From Thermoplasmatota archaeon (GTDB lineage Archaea; Thermoplasmatota; Penumbrarchaeia; Penumbrarchaeales; Penumbrarchaeaceae): 35,327 nt of DNA. The notes beneath the pieces are model-generated. The model saw nothing but the letters and a program-made list of their open reading frames with translations, did no database searches and was not told the DNA's origin. Position 1 is the stretch's first letter. The number at the start of each line of letters is the position of its first letter. Shown here piece by piece: positions 19,808 to 29,864 of this stretch. The stretch spans positions 1 through 35,327 of the forward strand of contig CBDDUX010000101.1 in assembly GCA_965234725.1 (NCBI GenBank). The letters are read 5' to 3'. The position numbers were made by a program, and so were the translations under genes.

Positions 19808-21475
19808 CTATCCTATCGGAACATCAACACCCAGGGAATCATCTATCACTTCTATCCTGAATATCTTATCATCATTCCATTCCTCACAGGTCCTCTGAAT
19901 GGTCCATATACATTCCCCATCCCAGGCAATTGCCCATGTTCCATCAGCTGCAGGATAGATCGATCCGATCAATATACCATTGGCATCCCATTTTCCAAGT
20001 CCTTTGGGTCCTCCGTAAACTGACCAGAAATACTCTCCAGTCCATACAAGGGTCCCGACATTCTTTCCTCCGCTGAATGAGGTCTCTCCTACCTTTTGAC
20101 CCTTGTTCGTTAATTTGTGTAATGTCCTTCCGTCCCTGCTCAGAAGTCTGAGATTTTCACCATCATAGGTAAGACCGGTTGTCCCCCCGAGCTGTTTATC
20201 GGGAATATCGAATGAATCCAGTATGTCGATCTTCGTTCCGTTCAATTTGAACTTGAATATCTTGAGCAAACTGAAATCGTTCACATAGTAGTATTCACCA
20301 TCGGTTGTCAATCCCCTGGGATTCATTATCACATCATTCCCGTATCTCACATCGGTTCCAGTATCCGGATCGACCCTTATGAAATCCAGCTGTTTTCCAA
20401 TTGTTCCGGAACCAAGACTGAATCTCCAGAGGTATCCATTATGATACAATAGAGACCACCCGAAAGATAATCCCTTGCCAATCCTTTTTACGACCGCCCT
20501 TGTTTCATCTTCCGGAGTATACACATAATTGAAACGGTCCTGAGGGTCCCCCGGCATGTAATCCAGTTCCTTCTCCCTGATATCCACAATATCCAGTGAT
20601 GGGATCGGGACCGAGTTATCACCCATATCATTCCCTGAGATGGTGGAATTGACAGTCTGGTCGAATCCGATAGGATTCGGATTCTTGAAATCCCTGAACC
20701 TGTTGTTCTTCACGGTTACGGTTGAACCCATTCCTCCGGTGATCGGAAGCCTGTAACCATCGAAATAATTGTTCTGGACAACAGCTTCGGTCTTTTCAAA
20801 ATGGAGAGAAACATGACCTCCAAGAAAATGGTTCCCGGATATCATTACATTTTTATTGTACTGTTCAAGGGCAATATCATGGTATCCGTTCCCATAGAGG
20901 ATATTGGAGGTAAAGGTTGGCCAGGACCTTTCTGCATAGAGTCCTTCGGAATTGATCCATCTTATTATCGAATGGGAGACCTCAACCGAAGAATCCATCT
21001 GTAATATTCCAAGGACGGCATACTCCACGATCACATACTTGAATATCGAATTGTTCGAATCGTAGATATTGATCCCTTCCCAGTCTCCGTTAATAGGATC
21101 CTCCGCATCGGATGTGAACCAGATCATACCATCCTCAGCTCCTACAGCCCTTATCGACCCCCCATTGACAGTTATGATCGCCCTTTTCCAGGGTTCCTTG
21201 TATCCCCTGTAATGTTTGAAATAAACATGTGTCCCTGGTTCAATGATCAGAACCACCCCCTTTGGAATGGACACAAATTCATCGACAAGTATCTTACCGG
21301 ACCAGACCTCATCGGAATTCAAAACACCCCTCTTTACAATGGTCTGATCTTCCGGTTCATTATCCTTATCATCTTCTGTATCTTCATCAGTTCCTTCATC
21401 GGTAATGCACATTGAGGAAAGGACGAAGAGAAAGATGATAAAGGAAGAGAATAAAACTTTCAGTAACTCAGACAT
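19808..21475 (-). CDS. Putative lipoprotein: right-handed beta-helix plus C-terminal beta-propeller
   Basis: Hydrophobic N-terminus ending SSMCI, acidic linker, LIIEPGT/FTSD..P..GDWEGI beta-helix start, Asn-rich coils, then repeats GLTTDGEY, GLTYDGEN, LVWTGEY, IAWDGEC. Confidence 0.7.
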   Translation of the reverse strand: MSELLKVLFSSFIIFLFVLSSMCITDEGTDEDTEDDKDNEPEDQTIVKRGVLNSDEVWSGKILVDEFVSIPKGVVLIIEPGTHVYFKHYRGYKEPWKRAIITVNGGSIRAVGAEDGMIWFTSDAEDPINGDWEGINIYDSNNSIFKYVIVEYAVLGILQMDSSVEVSHSIIRWINSEGLYAERSWPTFTSNILYGNGYHDIALEQYNKNVMISGNHFLGGHVSLHFEKTEAVVQNNYFDGYRLPITGGMGSTVTVKNNRFRDFKNPNPIGFDQTVNSTISGNDMGDNSVPIPSLDIVDIREKELDYMPGDPQDRFNYVYTPEDETRAVVKRIGKGLSFGWSLLYHNGYLWRFSLGSGTIGKQLDFIRVDPDTGTDVRYGNDVIMNPRGLTTDGEYYYVNDFSLLKIFKFKLNGTKIDILDSFDIPDKQLGGTTGLTYDGENLRLLSRDGRTLHKLTNKGQKVGETSFSGGKNVGTLVWTGEYFWSVYGGPKGLGKWDANGILIGSIYPAADGTWAIAWDGECIWTIQRTCEEWNDDKIFRIEVIDDSLGVDVPIG

Positions 21476-21537
21476 ATTCCATCAATTGGATTGTTAGCAG
21501 TTAAATCTATTGATTTCCGCATTTGATCGAATATCTT

Positions 21538-22773
21538 TCAGACCAGTATCTTCCCAGGGTGTTCGAGGTAATCCTTCAAAGTGTTCATGAAACGTGCGAC
21601 TTCGGCACCGTCAATGATCCTGTGATCGAAGGATACCACGATACCCATCACCCTCCGGACAGCGATCTGACCATTCAGGACCCTGGGCTCCTCCCTGATC
21701 CTGCCAACCCCTAGAATGGCCGCCTCCGGGAAGTTGATCACAGGGACGCCGTAGATCCCTCCGACTGCACCGTAATTGGATATCGTGAAGGTCCCACCCC
21801 TGAGATCAGCAAGGTCTATCGTCCTGTCCCTGGAATGTTCTATCAGAATATCCATATCCTTCTGTATATCGGAGAGAGCTTTGGTCTCCACCCTTTTTAC
21901 GACAGGGACGATGAGGCCGTCATTGGTATCCGTTGCAACACCGATGTTAAAGTACTCCTTGATGATGATATCCTCATTTTCCTCATCCAGCATTGCATTC
22001 AGGGATGGATGTCTCATCAGCGATTTCTGGACGGCTTTGATGATATATGGCATGAAGGTCAGTCTTTCGCCTTTTTCCAGCATTTCTGAATTCATTCCCT
22101 TCCTCAGGTCCCAAAGCTCTGTAACATCGACCTCCTCCATCGCTGCTGCATGAGGAATAGTGAACTTGGATGTCTCCATCCTCTTCCCTATGATCTCTCT
22201 GAGGCCCTTGTATGGCTTGTATGAGATGTGACCGTAGAAGTCGTAGTTCATCTTCATCACGAACTTCTTTTCCTTTTTCTTCGGTTCCTCGGTCCTCACC
22301 TCTTTCGGTCCTTCATTGTATCTTCTTACATCATCTTCTGTGATACGACCCTTGGGTCCGGTTCCAGCGACAGAGTTCAGGTCCACATTCAGCTCCTTTG
22401 CAAGCTTTCTGACCTTGGGCAGAGCGAAGATCTTCCCTTTGGAAGGAGCTTCTGTCTGTTTGTTCTCAATTACTTTCTCCTCATTTTCCGGTTCTAATGC
22501 TTTTTCTTTCTTTGATGATCTCGGAGCTTTCTCACCTTCATCACCAATGACTATCATTACTTCCCCCACCTGGACCTTATCTCCTTCTTCCACCCTGATC
22601 TCGAGAACTGTCCCCTCGGCAGGTGAAGGCATATCCACAATGGCCTTATCGGTCTCTACCAGGGCCATGTTCTCATCTTCTTCTATCCTATCTCCGACCT
22701 TGACAAGCCAGGTCTTTATCCTTCCTTCCGTTATTCCTTCTCCAACATCGGGGAATTTGAACTCGGTTACCAT
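21538..22773 (-). CDS. pdhC: 2-oxoacid dehydrogenase E2, dihydrolipoamide acyltransferase
   Basis: One lipoyl domain (VETDKA), subunit-binding domain (PKVRKLAKE..GTGPKGRITEDDV), catalytic GGTFTISNYG and DHRIIDG. Confidence 0.95.
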   Translation of the reverse strand: MVTEFKFPDVGEGITEGRIKTWLVKVGDRIEEDENMALVETDKAIVDMPSPAEGTVLEIRVEEGDKVQVGEVMIVIGDEGEKAPRSSKKEKALEPENEEKVIENKQTEAPSKGKIFALPKVRKLAKELNVDLNSVAGTGPKGRITEDDVRRYNEGPKEVRTEEPKKKEKKFVMKMNYDFYGHISYKPYKGLREIIGKRMETSKFTIPHAAAMEEVDVTELWDLRKGMNSEMLEKGERLTFMPYIIKAVQKSLMRHPSLNAMLDEENEDIIIKEYFNIGVATDTNDGLIVPVVKRVETKALSDIQKDMDILIEHSRDRTIDLADLRGGTFTISNYGAVGGIYGVPVINFPEAAILGVGRIREEPRVLNGQIAVRRVMGIVVSFDHRIIDGAEVARFMNTLKDYLEHPGKILV

Positions 22774-23744
22774 GTTAGCACCTCCCTCATGCCCTTTACG
22801 ATCCTATCGAGGTCCGGCATCGCCCACTGCTCCATTTTATAGAAGGGAAAGGGTACATCGAACCCGGTTACCCTAATAGCAGGAGCTTCCATACTCCCAA
22901 TGACATCTTCCTGGGTCCTGGTGATGATCTCGGAAGCGAAACCGGATGTCCTGACAGCTTCCTGGACAACTACAAGTCTCCCGGTCTTCTCCACAGAAGC
23001 ATTAACGGTCTTTTCATCATAAGGGACAATGGAGCGGATATCTATGACCTCAGCATCGATACCCTTCTCCTTCACCAGGTCAGCCGCCTTGATCAGCTTA
23101 GGCAACATGGAACCCCAACCTACTAAAGTGAGGTCCTTGCCCTCCTTCACCACTTTGGCTTCCCCAAGTGGAACTGTGTAGGGGTCATCGGGAACCTCCT
23201 CCTTTCCAAGTCTGTACAATCTCTTTGGTTCGAGGAATACAACCGGGTCAGGGTCCCTGATAGATGATATCAGCAATCCTTTTGCATCGTAGGGATTCGA
23301 AGGTATAACGGTCTTCAAACCCGGAATATGCGAAAGAATGGACTCGTAACTCTCCGCATGGTGCTCAAGTGCCCTCACTCCTCCCCCATAGGGGGCCCGA
23401 ACAACGAGAGGCACCGAGAACCTTCCCTGGGTCCTATTCCTCAATCTGGATGCATGGGAATTCAGCTGATCAAGTGCTGGCCACATGAAGCCCATGAACT
23501 GCATCTCGGCAACCGGTTTGAATCCGGCAAGGGCCATACCCGTTGAGAAACCGACTATCCCTGATTCCGCCAGAGGAGTGTCCATCACCCGGTTCTCTCC
23601 GAATTTATCAAAGAGGCCTTCTGTAAGCCTGAATACACCACCGTTCACACCTACATCCTCGCCCAATACCACAACGGTCTCATCGGCCTCCATCTCGTTG
23701 AAAAGAGCGGACCTTATCGCTTCGACCATGTTCATCTCGCTCAC
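22767..23744 (-). CDS. pdhB: 2-oxoacid dehydrogenase E1 beta subunit
   Basis: GEDVGVNGGVFR, DTPLAESGIVG, EMQF, PSNPYDAKGLL, FLEPKRLY. GTGA overlap with the E1alpha stop. Confidence 0.95.
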   Translation of the reverse strand: MSEMNMVEAIRSALFNEMEADETVVVLGEDVGVNGGVFRLTEGLFDKFGENRVMDTPLAESGIVGFSTGMALAGFKPVAEMQFMGFMWPALDQLNSHASRLRNRTQGRFSVPLVVRAPYGGGVRALEHHAESYESILSHIPGLKTVIPSNPYDAKGLLISSIRDPDPVVFLEPKRLYRLGKEEVPDDPYTVPLGEAKVVKEGKDLTLVGWGSMLPKLIKAADLVKEKGIDAEVIDIRSIVPYDEKTVNASVEKTGRLVVVQEAVRTSGFASEIITRTQEDVIGSMEAPAIRVTGFDVPFPFYKMEQWAMPDLDRIVKGMREVLTW

Positions 23745-24856
23745 GGAAATCCCCCCTGTATCTCGGAGGCATCCTCATCTATCTCCTTGTTCTCCAACGA
23801 GGTCTTCAGGTAATCCAATTGTTCCTGGAGGTTCTGGGGCATGTCGGCATACATGTATTTGAAAAGGTCCTCGGGTTCGAGAGGAGGAAGGGATTCCGCT
23901 TTCTCCACGGAGCTCTTGATCAGCTTCTTTGCCTTCTTCTTCAGCTCTTCCTCCCATTCCTCTGTCCAGATACCCTTCTTCTTAAGGTATGCCTTCATTC
24001 TTTTCAGAGGGTCCTTCTCTTCCCATTCTTTTTCCTCTTCCTTTGTCCTGTATCTTGTGGGATCATCTGCAGTGGTATGCATGAGTTTCCTGTAAGTGAA
24101 GGCTTCAATGAAGGTCGGACCTCCTCCATTCCTAGCCTTTTCAAGGGCATCTTCAGTTACTTTGTAAACAGCTAAAACATCGTTCCCATCCACGAAGATC
24201 CCAGGAAAACCGTAAGCCATCCCTTTCTGAGCAATGGTCCTTGATGCGGTCTGCCTTTTCCTTGGTACCGAAATGGCCCATTGATTGTTCTGGCAGACAT
24301 AGACTACAGGCGCATGGAACGTTCCTGCGAAGTTCATCCCTTCATGAAAATCACCCTCGGACGTTCCTCCATCTCCTATATAGCAAAGGACTGCATTCTT
24401 CTCATTCTTCATATTCAGGGCATGTGCGAATCCTGCTGCAATAGGAAGTTGGGTTGAAACCGGAACGAATATCGGAAAGCTTCTTGTCCCTTCTGGAACC
24501 CTGTTTCCCCTTACATCCCCCATGAAATAGAGAAGATTGTTCTCGAAAGGAAGGTCCCTGATCATGTATGATACAAGTTCCCTGAAGGAGGGAAAGAGCC
24601 AATCCTCTTCCCTCATTGCAAGGGCTGAACCTACCTGGGCGGCTTCCTGTCCGCTGCCTGGAGCATAAGTACCCAGTCTTCCCTGTCTCTGGAGATTGAT
24701 AGCCTTTTCATCGGCCATCCGTCCGTAAAGCATCCACCAGTACATCTCCTTCAACAGATCATCATTGAATCCGGGGTCCTCGGATATCAGGTTCCCCTCC
24801 TTGTCCAGGATCTGATATAGCTCACAGTCCTCGGGTAAACAAACTCTTGGGTCCAT
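23741..24856 (-). CDS. pdhA: 2-oxoacid dehydrogenase E1 alpha subunit (pyruvate or branched-chain substrate)
   Basis: LQRQGR, GQEA, TPP motif GDGGTSEGDFHE...NNQWAISVP, HTTADDPTRYR. Start placed at ATG24856 after the SD AGGAGG. Confidence 0.93.
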   Translation of the reverse strand: MDPRVCLPEDCELYQILDKEGNLISEDPGFNDDLLKEMYWWMLYGRMADEKAINLQRQGRLGTYAPGSGQEAAQVGSALAMREEDWLFPSFRELVSYMIRDLPFENNLLYFMGDVRGNRVPEGTRSFPIFVPVSTQLPIAAGFAHALNMKNEKNAVLCYIGDGGTSEGDFHEGMNFAGTFHAPVVYVCQNNQWAISVPRKRQTASRTIAQKGMAYGFPGIFVDGNDVLAVYKVTEDALEKARNGGGPTFIEAFTYRKLMHTTADDPTRYRTKEEEKEWEEKDPLKRMKAYLKKKGIWTEEWEEELKKKAKKLIKSSVEKAESLPPLEPEDLFKYMYADMPQNLQEQLDYLKTSLENKEIDEDASEIQGGFP

Positions 24857-24899
24857 GGAATGGTCCTCCTTCAGCAGAAGATCTATGATCTCCTGCCTT

Positions 24900-25175
24900 T
24901 CACTCCCTCTTTGCCCATTCCTTGAGCTTGTCATACGTCACTGTTCCACAGAGAAAAGTGTCGTTCTTCTTGTTGTAAAGGAAAGGGACACCGTTGCATC
25001 TTCCCTGTGAATATTTCATCATGATGTTCTGGTTTGTGGAACTATGCCAGACCTCGAACCTGTCGATCTTTATCCCTTCTTCTTCCTTCAGTCGATTAAT
25101 GAATATCTCCAACTGCTGGCAAGGAGGACATTCTGCTCCGTAAAAATCCAATAGATGTGAACCTTCTTCGCTCAT
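24900..25175 (-). CDS. Small thioredoxin-fold protein with a CPPC active site
   Basis: FYGAECPPC, EVWH, cis-Pro loop CNGVPF, extra Cys in LCG. SD GAGGTGA and TATA-like box near 25251-25260. Confidence 0.85.
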   Translation of the reverse strand: MSEEGSHLLDFYGAECPPCQQLEIFINRLKEEEGIKIDRFEVWHSSTNQNIMMKYSQGRCNGVPFLYNKKNDTFLCGTVTYDKLKEWAKRE

Positions 25176-25385
25176 TTCAATTTCACCTCTGTTTATGCAT
25201 TACCGGATCTTGATTATCCGGTAGTGTAACAATTACTATCGAAAAGCGAGTTATATATTTTATCGCTGATATTTGAATCAGGGTCGGGGGAAATTGAAAC
25301 CCTCTCCGATATACATGGTCTCTTATTTCATACTAATATCGGAAAAATATCAATTGTTGAAGAAGGAACTGAAATAGAGATCATC

Positions 25386-25655
25386 TCATTTCATTATCTT
25401 TTCCAGATCCTTGATTATCTTTTCAACTCCCTTCTCAACATCACCAAGGTCCTTCTTGATAGTATCCTTTACACCTGCTTTTTCCATCTCCATTCTTTTC
25501 CGTTCTATATGCACACTCAGATGGGTGAGGACCTTCTCTGTCTCGTTCATGATCGAGGTGGCCTCCTTGTCAATGTCAATCTTCTTGAGGTCTTCTATCA
25601 GACGGTCGGCATTTCTTTTCAGGCTATCCAGTATATCTTCATCCTTCTCCGGCAT
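25386..25655 (-). CDS. Small charged, helical hypothetical protein
   Basis: Start at MPEKD (ATG25655) after the SD AGGTG. K/E/D-rich amphipathic helices. Confidence 0.6.
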   Translation of the reverse strand: MPEKDEDILDSLKRNADRLIEDLKKIDIDKEATSIMNETEKVLTHLSVHIERKRMEMEKAGVKDTIKKDLGDVEKGVEKIIKDLEKIMK

Positions 25656-25701
25656 GGTCCACACCTGAAGGTATGATCGTGTTCTTGATATATTACCCGA
25701 T

Positions 25702-27147
25702 TCATATCGTGAAGGTTGTACCCTTCCACCTTTTCCTGACCCGTCCCAAAAGGAATGCAGAAACTGCGAGAAGCAAAAGGGAAAGGATGGAGACAACGAG
25801 GGCTCCGATCACTGATCCATCCGATATGAAGAAAGATATGATAACCAGGGTGATCAGAGGTGGGACAATAAGGAGAGAGAATATGGAAAGGATCCCTCCG
25901 TCCAGAAGCATCGTATTAGCTCTCAAGCCCGTAAGCCAGGCTGTAACTGAAACGGTATAGGTATTATTGGCCAGAGCAACACCTAGAGCTAGAGGGAAGA
26001 GATATAGGTCTCCGTTGAGGACAGAGACAAGAAGAACGTAGAAGGATGTCAAGATTGAAGATATCAGGAAGAAAAGGATCACCTTGATCTCAACAACTGA
26101 GGGAACCGAAACAGGAAGGATGTTCAGAGCAGAATTGTGCTCGATGTTGGTAAGCCAGGAATATGTCATCACTCCGAAGAACCCTACGAGGGATCCATAG
26201 AAAACGGAATTGAAGAGAAGGTCCGCGGACAGGACGGTCCGAAATAGATATGAAAGACCGTAAACCGCAAGAAGAGGACCTCCGAAACCAAGGACCACCG
26301 GGGCGAGTGTTCCGCTGCGTTTCAACTCCAGCCATTCCTTGGATAGCATATACGAGGCCTTTGTTATGCGTGAAAATGTTTTCTCCCTATGCAATAATTC
26401 GGGTTTGTATGACACTGAAGGGGATGATAGTCTCTGTCTTGACAACAGCAAGGCGATGGTCGAGAAGATGATAGCTTCAACGATCGAAAGAACAGGCATA
26501 AGTGGTGATCTATCCACCCAAAATCCGTATGGATGGAAAACTGCCTGAACAGGCAGGATCTCAAGAGGCCAGACCATCAATGCAGGTGTCATTATCATGA
26601 ACAAACCAATAAGTGCCAGAAAAGGGGACCTGACCTGAAGGCTGGATAAAAGAAAGGAAATTGACATACCGAGAAGGAAGGCAAGAAAGAGAGTGAAAGA
26701 CATCATTAATGCTCCGGGCAATGGTATGCCCCGGATAATTGAACCTATGATCACTCCAAAGGAGAGGGGAATAATGGAATACAGGACATAGAATATTATT
26801 TCCTTTACATAGAAGATCCCCAGGACCTTCCTGTAATCAATTGGTTCAACCTCGCATAATCTCAAAAGCAGGTTCACCTGTCCCATCCTCCTGGACATGA
26901 TCAGGTCCGAAAGAAGGGCGATCCCTCCCACAAGGACTCCATACAAACTTGCGATAAGATGAAAGAAGATAAGGGCACCATTTCCGGTAATATCATCCGA
27001 GGGAAGGATCACTATCAGTAAAAGGGACATTGACATTATCAATAAGGGAAAGAAGATCGTTCCGAACCCACCTACGAAGGCTTTCTGAAGCCTCCATTCC
27101 TCCTTGAGCATATCAGAGAGGAGTTCAGGAATCCAGCCCCGGGTCAT
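25702..27147 (-). CDS. ABC-2-type exporter permease, about 12 TM with duplicated halves
   Basis: Highly hydrophobic, repeated KEEWRL/KEWLEL motifs, overlaps the ATPase gene. Confidence 0.75.
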   Translation of the reverse strand: MTRGWIPELLSDMLKEEWRLQKAFVGGFGTIFFPLLIMSMSLLLIVILPSDDITGNGALIFFHLIASLYGVLVGGIALLSDLIMSRRMGQVNLLLRLCEVEPIDYRKVLGIFYVKEIIFYVLYSIIPLSFGVIIGSIIRGIPLPGALMMSFTLFLAFLLGMSISFLLSSLQVRSPFLALIGLFMIMTPALMVWPLEILPVQAVFHPYGFWVDRSPLMPVLSIVEAIIFSTIALLLSRQRLSSPSVSYKPELLHREKTFSRITKASYMLSKEWLELKRSGTLAPVVLGFGGPLLAVYGLSYLFRTVLSADLLFNSVFYGSLVGFFGVMTYSWLTNIEHNSALNILPVSVPSVVEIKVILFFLISSILTSFYVLLVSVLNGDLYLFPLALGVALANNTYTVSVTAWLTGLRANTMLLDGGILSIFSLLIVPPLITLVIISFFISDGSVIGALVVSILSLLLLAVSAFLLGRVRKRWKGTTFTI

Positions 27148-27862
27148 CGGATGCCTCCTCTACCAATCTCATGAAAACGGATTCAAGGTCCTCTGATCCT
27201 GAGCCTTTTATCTCCATCATCGTACCTTTCCCCACTATCTTCCCTTTGTTTATCAGCGTTACACGGGAACACAATTTCTCGGCGATCTCAAGGATATGTG
27301 TGCACATGAAGATCGTTGTACCTTTCTCATTTATCTCCTTGAGATATTCCCTGACCTTTCTCTGATAGATCGGGTCCAGATTGATGAACGGTTCATCCAG
27401 GAATAGAAGACCTGGTTCATGAATGAAGGCCGAAGCAAGCATCACCTTCTGTCTCTGACCTTTGGAGAGGTCCTTGCAAAGAGTCGTTGACCTATCCTCG
27501 ATCCCGAAGAAATTGAGCCAATGATCTACCTTTTCTTCGATCCGGTCCAGCTTCCTTATCTTGCAGACCAGTTCAAGGAATTCCCTTGCAGTGAGAAAGC
27601 TGGGAGGAGTCTCTGATTCCGGTACGATACCTACCCTCCTCTTGATCGAGACCGGATCACCATTCCCCACACCAAGGACATTGACCTCACCGGAATCTTG
27701 TATCAACTGTCCTGTCAGTATCCTAAGAAGTGTCGATTTACCCGCTCCGTTAGGACCCAAGAATCCGAAGAACTCTCCTTTCCCGACAGTAAGGTCCACA
27801 CCATCCAATGCTTTGATCTCCCCATAGACCTTTGAAGCTTTCTTCACTTCGATAACGGGCAT
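27125..27862 (-). CDS. ABC-2-type transporter ATP-binding protein
   Basis: GPNGAGKST, LSKGQRQK, LFLDEPF, CTH. Confidence 0.93.
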   Translation of the reverse strand: MPVIEVKKASKVYGEIKALDGVDLTVGKGEFFGFLGPNGAGKSTLLRILTGQLIQDSGEVNVLGVGNGDPVSIKRRVGIVPESETPPSFLTAREFLELVCKIRKLDRIEEKVDHWLNFFGIEDRSTTLCKDLSKGQRQKVMLASAFIHEPGLLFLDEPFINLDPIYQRKVREYLKEINEKGTTIFMCTHILEIAEKLCSRVTLINKGKIVGKGTMMEIKGSGSEDLESVFMRLVEEASDDPGLDS

Positions 27863-27953
27863 TACAGTTCCATCGAGGTTCCTTTTTTAACCATTTTGTC
27901 ATTAAATTCTAAGGACGGGTGAACCTTTTATACATCCATATTGCTCAAAGACC

Positions 27954-28844
27954 GTGAAGGATGGATCAAAAGCAGTATTGCTCGGATTGACCGCTGTATT
28001 GATCTGGTCAACCGTTGCAACAGCTTTCAAGATAACACTTCGGTCCATGGACCCGATCACCATGGTGTTCATCTCCTCCATCGTTTCACTTCTTTCGATT
28101 TCATTGATATCCGTCATCTTTGGAAAATGGGGAGATATCTGGCATACCTCTAAAAGAGAAATTGCCAGTTCCATGGTCCTGGGGATCATGAACCCTTTCA
28201 TCTATTACATTGTTCTTTTCGGCAGCTATGATCTCCTGAAAGCTCAGATCGCACAGTCGATCAATTATTCATGGCCGGTGGTACTTACAGTACTTTCGAT
28301 ATTCTTCCTCGGCCAGAAGGCCAGATCAAGGTCGATCCTGGGTATATTGGCCGGTTTCCTAGGAATACTGATAATATCATCCGAGGGGTTCTCTTTTTCA
28401 TCTGGTGATGCGGATCCTTTTGGGATCGTACTTGCAATAGGATCAGCGGTCATCTGGGCCACTTTCTGGACACTTAACCTGAGAAAGGTAGGCAGTGCAG
28501 AGTCCAAGCTCTTTTTCAATTTCCTAGGTGGAAGCATAGTGGTATCTTTCATTCTTCTAATAAGAGGAGCGGAGATACCAAATATATCAGGTTGGACCGC
28601 AGCAGTATACGTTGGGATGTTCGAAATGGGGATAACCTTCCTGATATGGTTGAAGGCACTCTCACTATCCAAGGAGACCGCCAGGATCTCCATGCTGATA
28701 TATTTGAGCCCCTTCATCTCCCTTTTCATCATAAATGCAGTTCTGGGTGAGTCCATTCTCCTTTCAACAATTATTGGTTTGCTCCTGATTGTGGCTGGAT
28801 TGATCATACAAGGTAGAAGAAGCAAAGATGCATCAGCCAAATAG
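27954..28844 (+). CDS. EamA/DMT-family transporter
   Basis: About 10 TM in two repeats; WSTVATAFK, NPFIYYIVLF, NYSWP, YLSPFISL...LGE. Confidence 0.9.
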   Translation: MKDGSKAVLLGLTAVLIWSTVATAFKITLRSMDPITMVFISSIVSLLSISLISVIFGKWGDIWHTSKREIASSMVLGIMNPFIYYIVLFGSYDLLKAQIAQSINYSWPVVLTVLSIFFLGQKARSRSILGILAGFLGILIISSEGFSFSSGDADPFGIVLAIGSAVIWATFWTLNLRKVGSAESKLFFNFLGGSIVVSFILLIRGAEIPNISGWTAAVYVGMFEMGITFLIWLKALSLSKETARISMLIYLSPFISLFIINAVLGESILLSTIIGLLLIVAGLIIQGRRSKDASAK

Positions 28845-29153
28845 ACATTCCTTTCAATATCGCACCGTAAATAATTTAAAGGGTCTAGAGAGGATAATGA
28901 TACAGCAAAAAAACAGGAACAGGCAGAGGACTACCTGATTTTTGCCTCCACGCCCTAACAACCTTCCTTCTTGCTCTCCTCTGCCGCCTCTTTCTTTTCT
29001 AAAATTGTTCAAAGAACACTTCTTAGATCTGTTGATCTCGAGGGTTTCGTACAATATCAGCTCTTAATCATGTGAAAATTGAATATATACCAGATTGATC
29101 CTCCTTTCAATAAAGATAAATAATCGAACATCCAATCACAATTGGGGACATGA

Positions 29154-29615
29154 ATGTACAAAGTCCAGGAAATTGTTCACCTGGAATCGGATACCGATAA
29201 CGCATTCGCAATTATTGAATCTGCGCTGATTGAAATGGATTGGATGATGATCTCCCGTGACAGGGACAGTGTAAGTTTTAGGGAGAAGAGGCGTTTTGAC
29301 CATTTCAACCACATCGAAGGTACTGTAAAAGTAAATAGAGACAGTGTAACTGATAATGAGATCATTGAACTTGAAGCCTGGAATAACGGACTTGGATCGA
29401 TCCAGGAGGAGTTCCTCAGGGGAAAGGTATCCGAGTTCCTACTGATACTTGATTACCAAATTACCATGGACCGGATGGAAGAGGAAGATCTGGATTGCGG
29501 AGAAATTGAACGTTCCATTGCAGAGGAGATCAAGGACCTATCAGATTTGTACAAATCCGGTGCCTTGACCTATAATGAGTTCCAGAGGGCCAAGGAAAGG
29601 CTCCTGGACGGGTGA
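29154..29615 (+). CDS. SHOCT-domain protein
   Basis: C-terminal EEIKDLSDLYKSGALTYNEFQRAKERLL. SD-like GGGGA upstream. Confidence 0.78.
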   Translation: MYKVQEIVHLESDTDNAFAIIESALIEMDWMMISRDRDSVSFREKRRFDHFNHIEGTVKVNRDSVTDNEIIELEAWNNGLGSIQEEFLRGKVSEFLLILDYQITMDRMEEEDLDCGEIERSIAEEIKDLSDLYKSGALTYNEFQRAKERLLDG

Positions 29616-29864
29616 TAGAGGGCCTGAAATCGATTTACTGGTAGAAAAGAAACATAGTCCTGATATTCATTCGGTAGGTCAATTGATCATAATGAAGACT
29701 ATTATTCGACATTTCACCATATTTTCAACAAACCTTGTTCCAATCTGATAATAATTCAAATATTTTCTGGATAACAAAGACTTATGCATGAGAAAATTCT
29801 AAATATAATATTCAGGACTGATATACGAAGAGGTTTCCTGATGAATAACAATGGGGGAGGTTCC

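Noticed and set aside
24857..24934. N-terminal extension of E1alpha overlapping the thioredoxin gene
   Set aside because: A strong AGGAGG precedes ATG24856, which removes the overlap.
28854..29054. 66-aa minus-strand ORF with a hydrophobic Cys-rich tail
   Set aside because: Composition follows from the purine and T tracts; TTG start and no SD. A small leaderless protein cannot be fully excluded.
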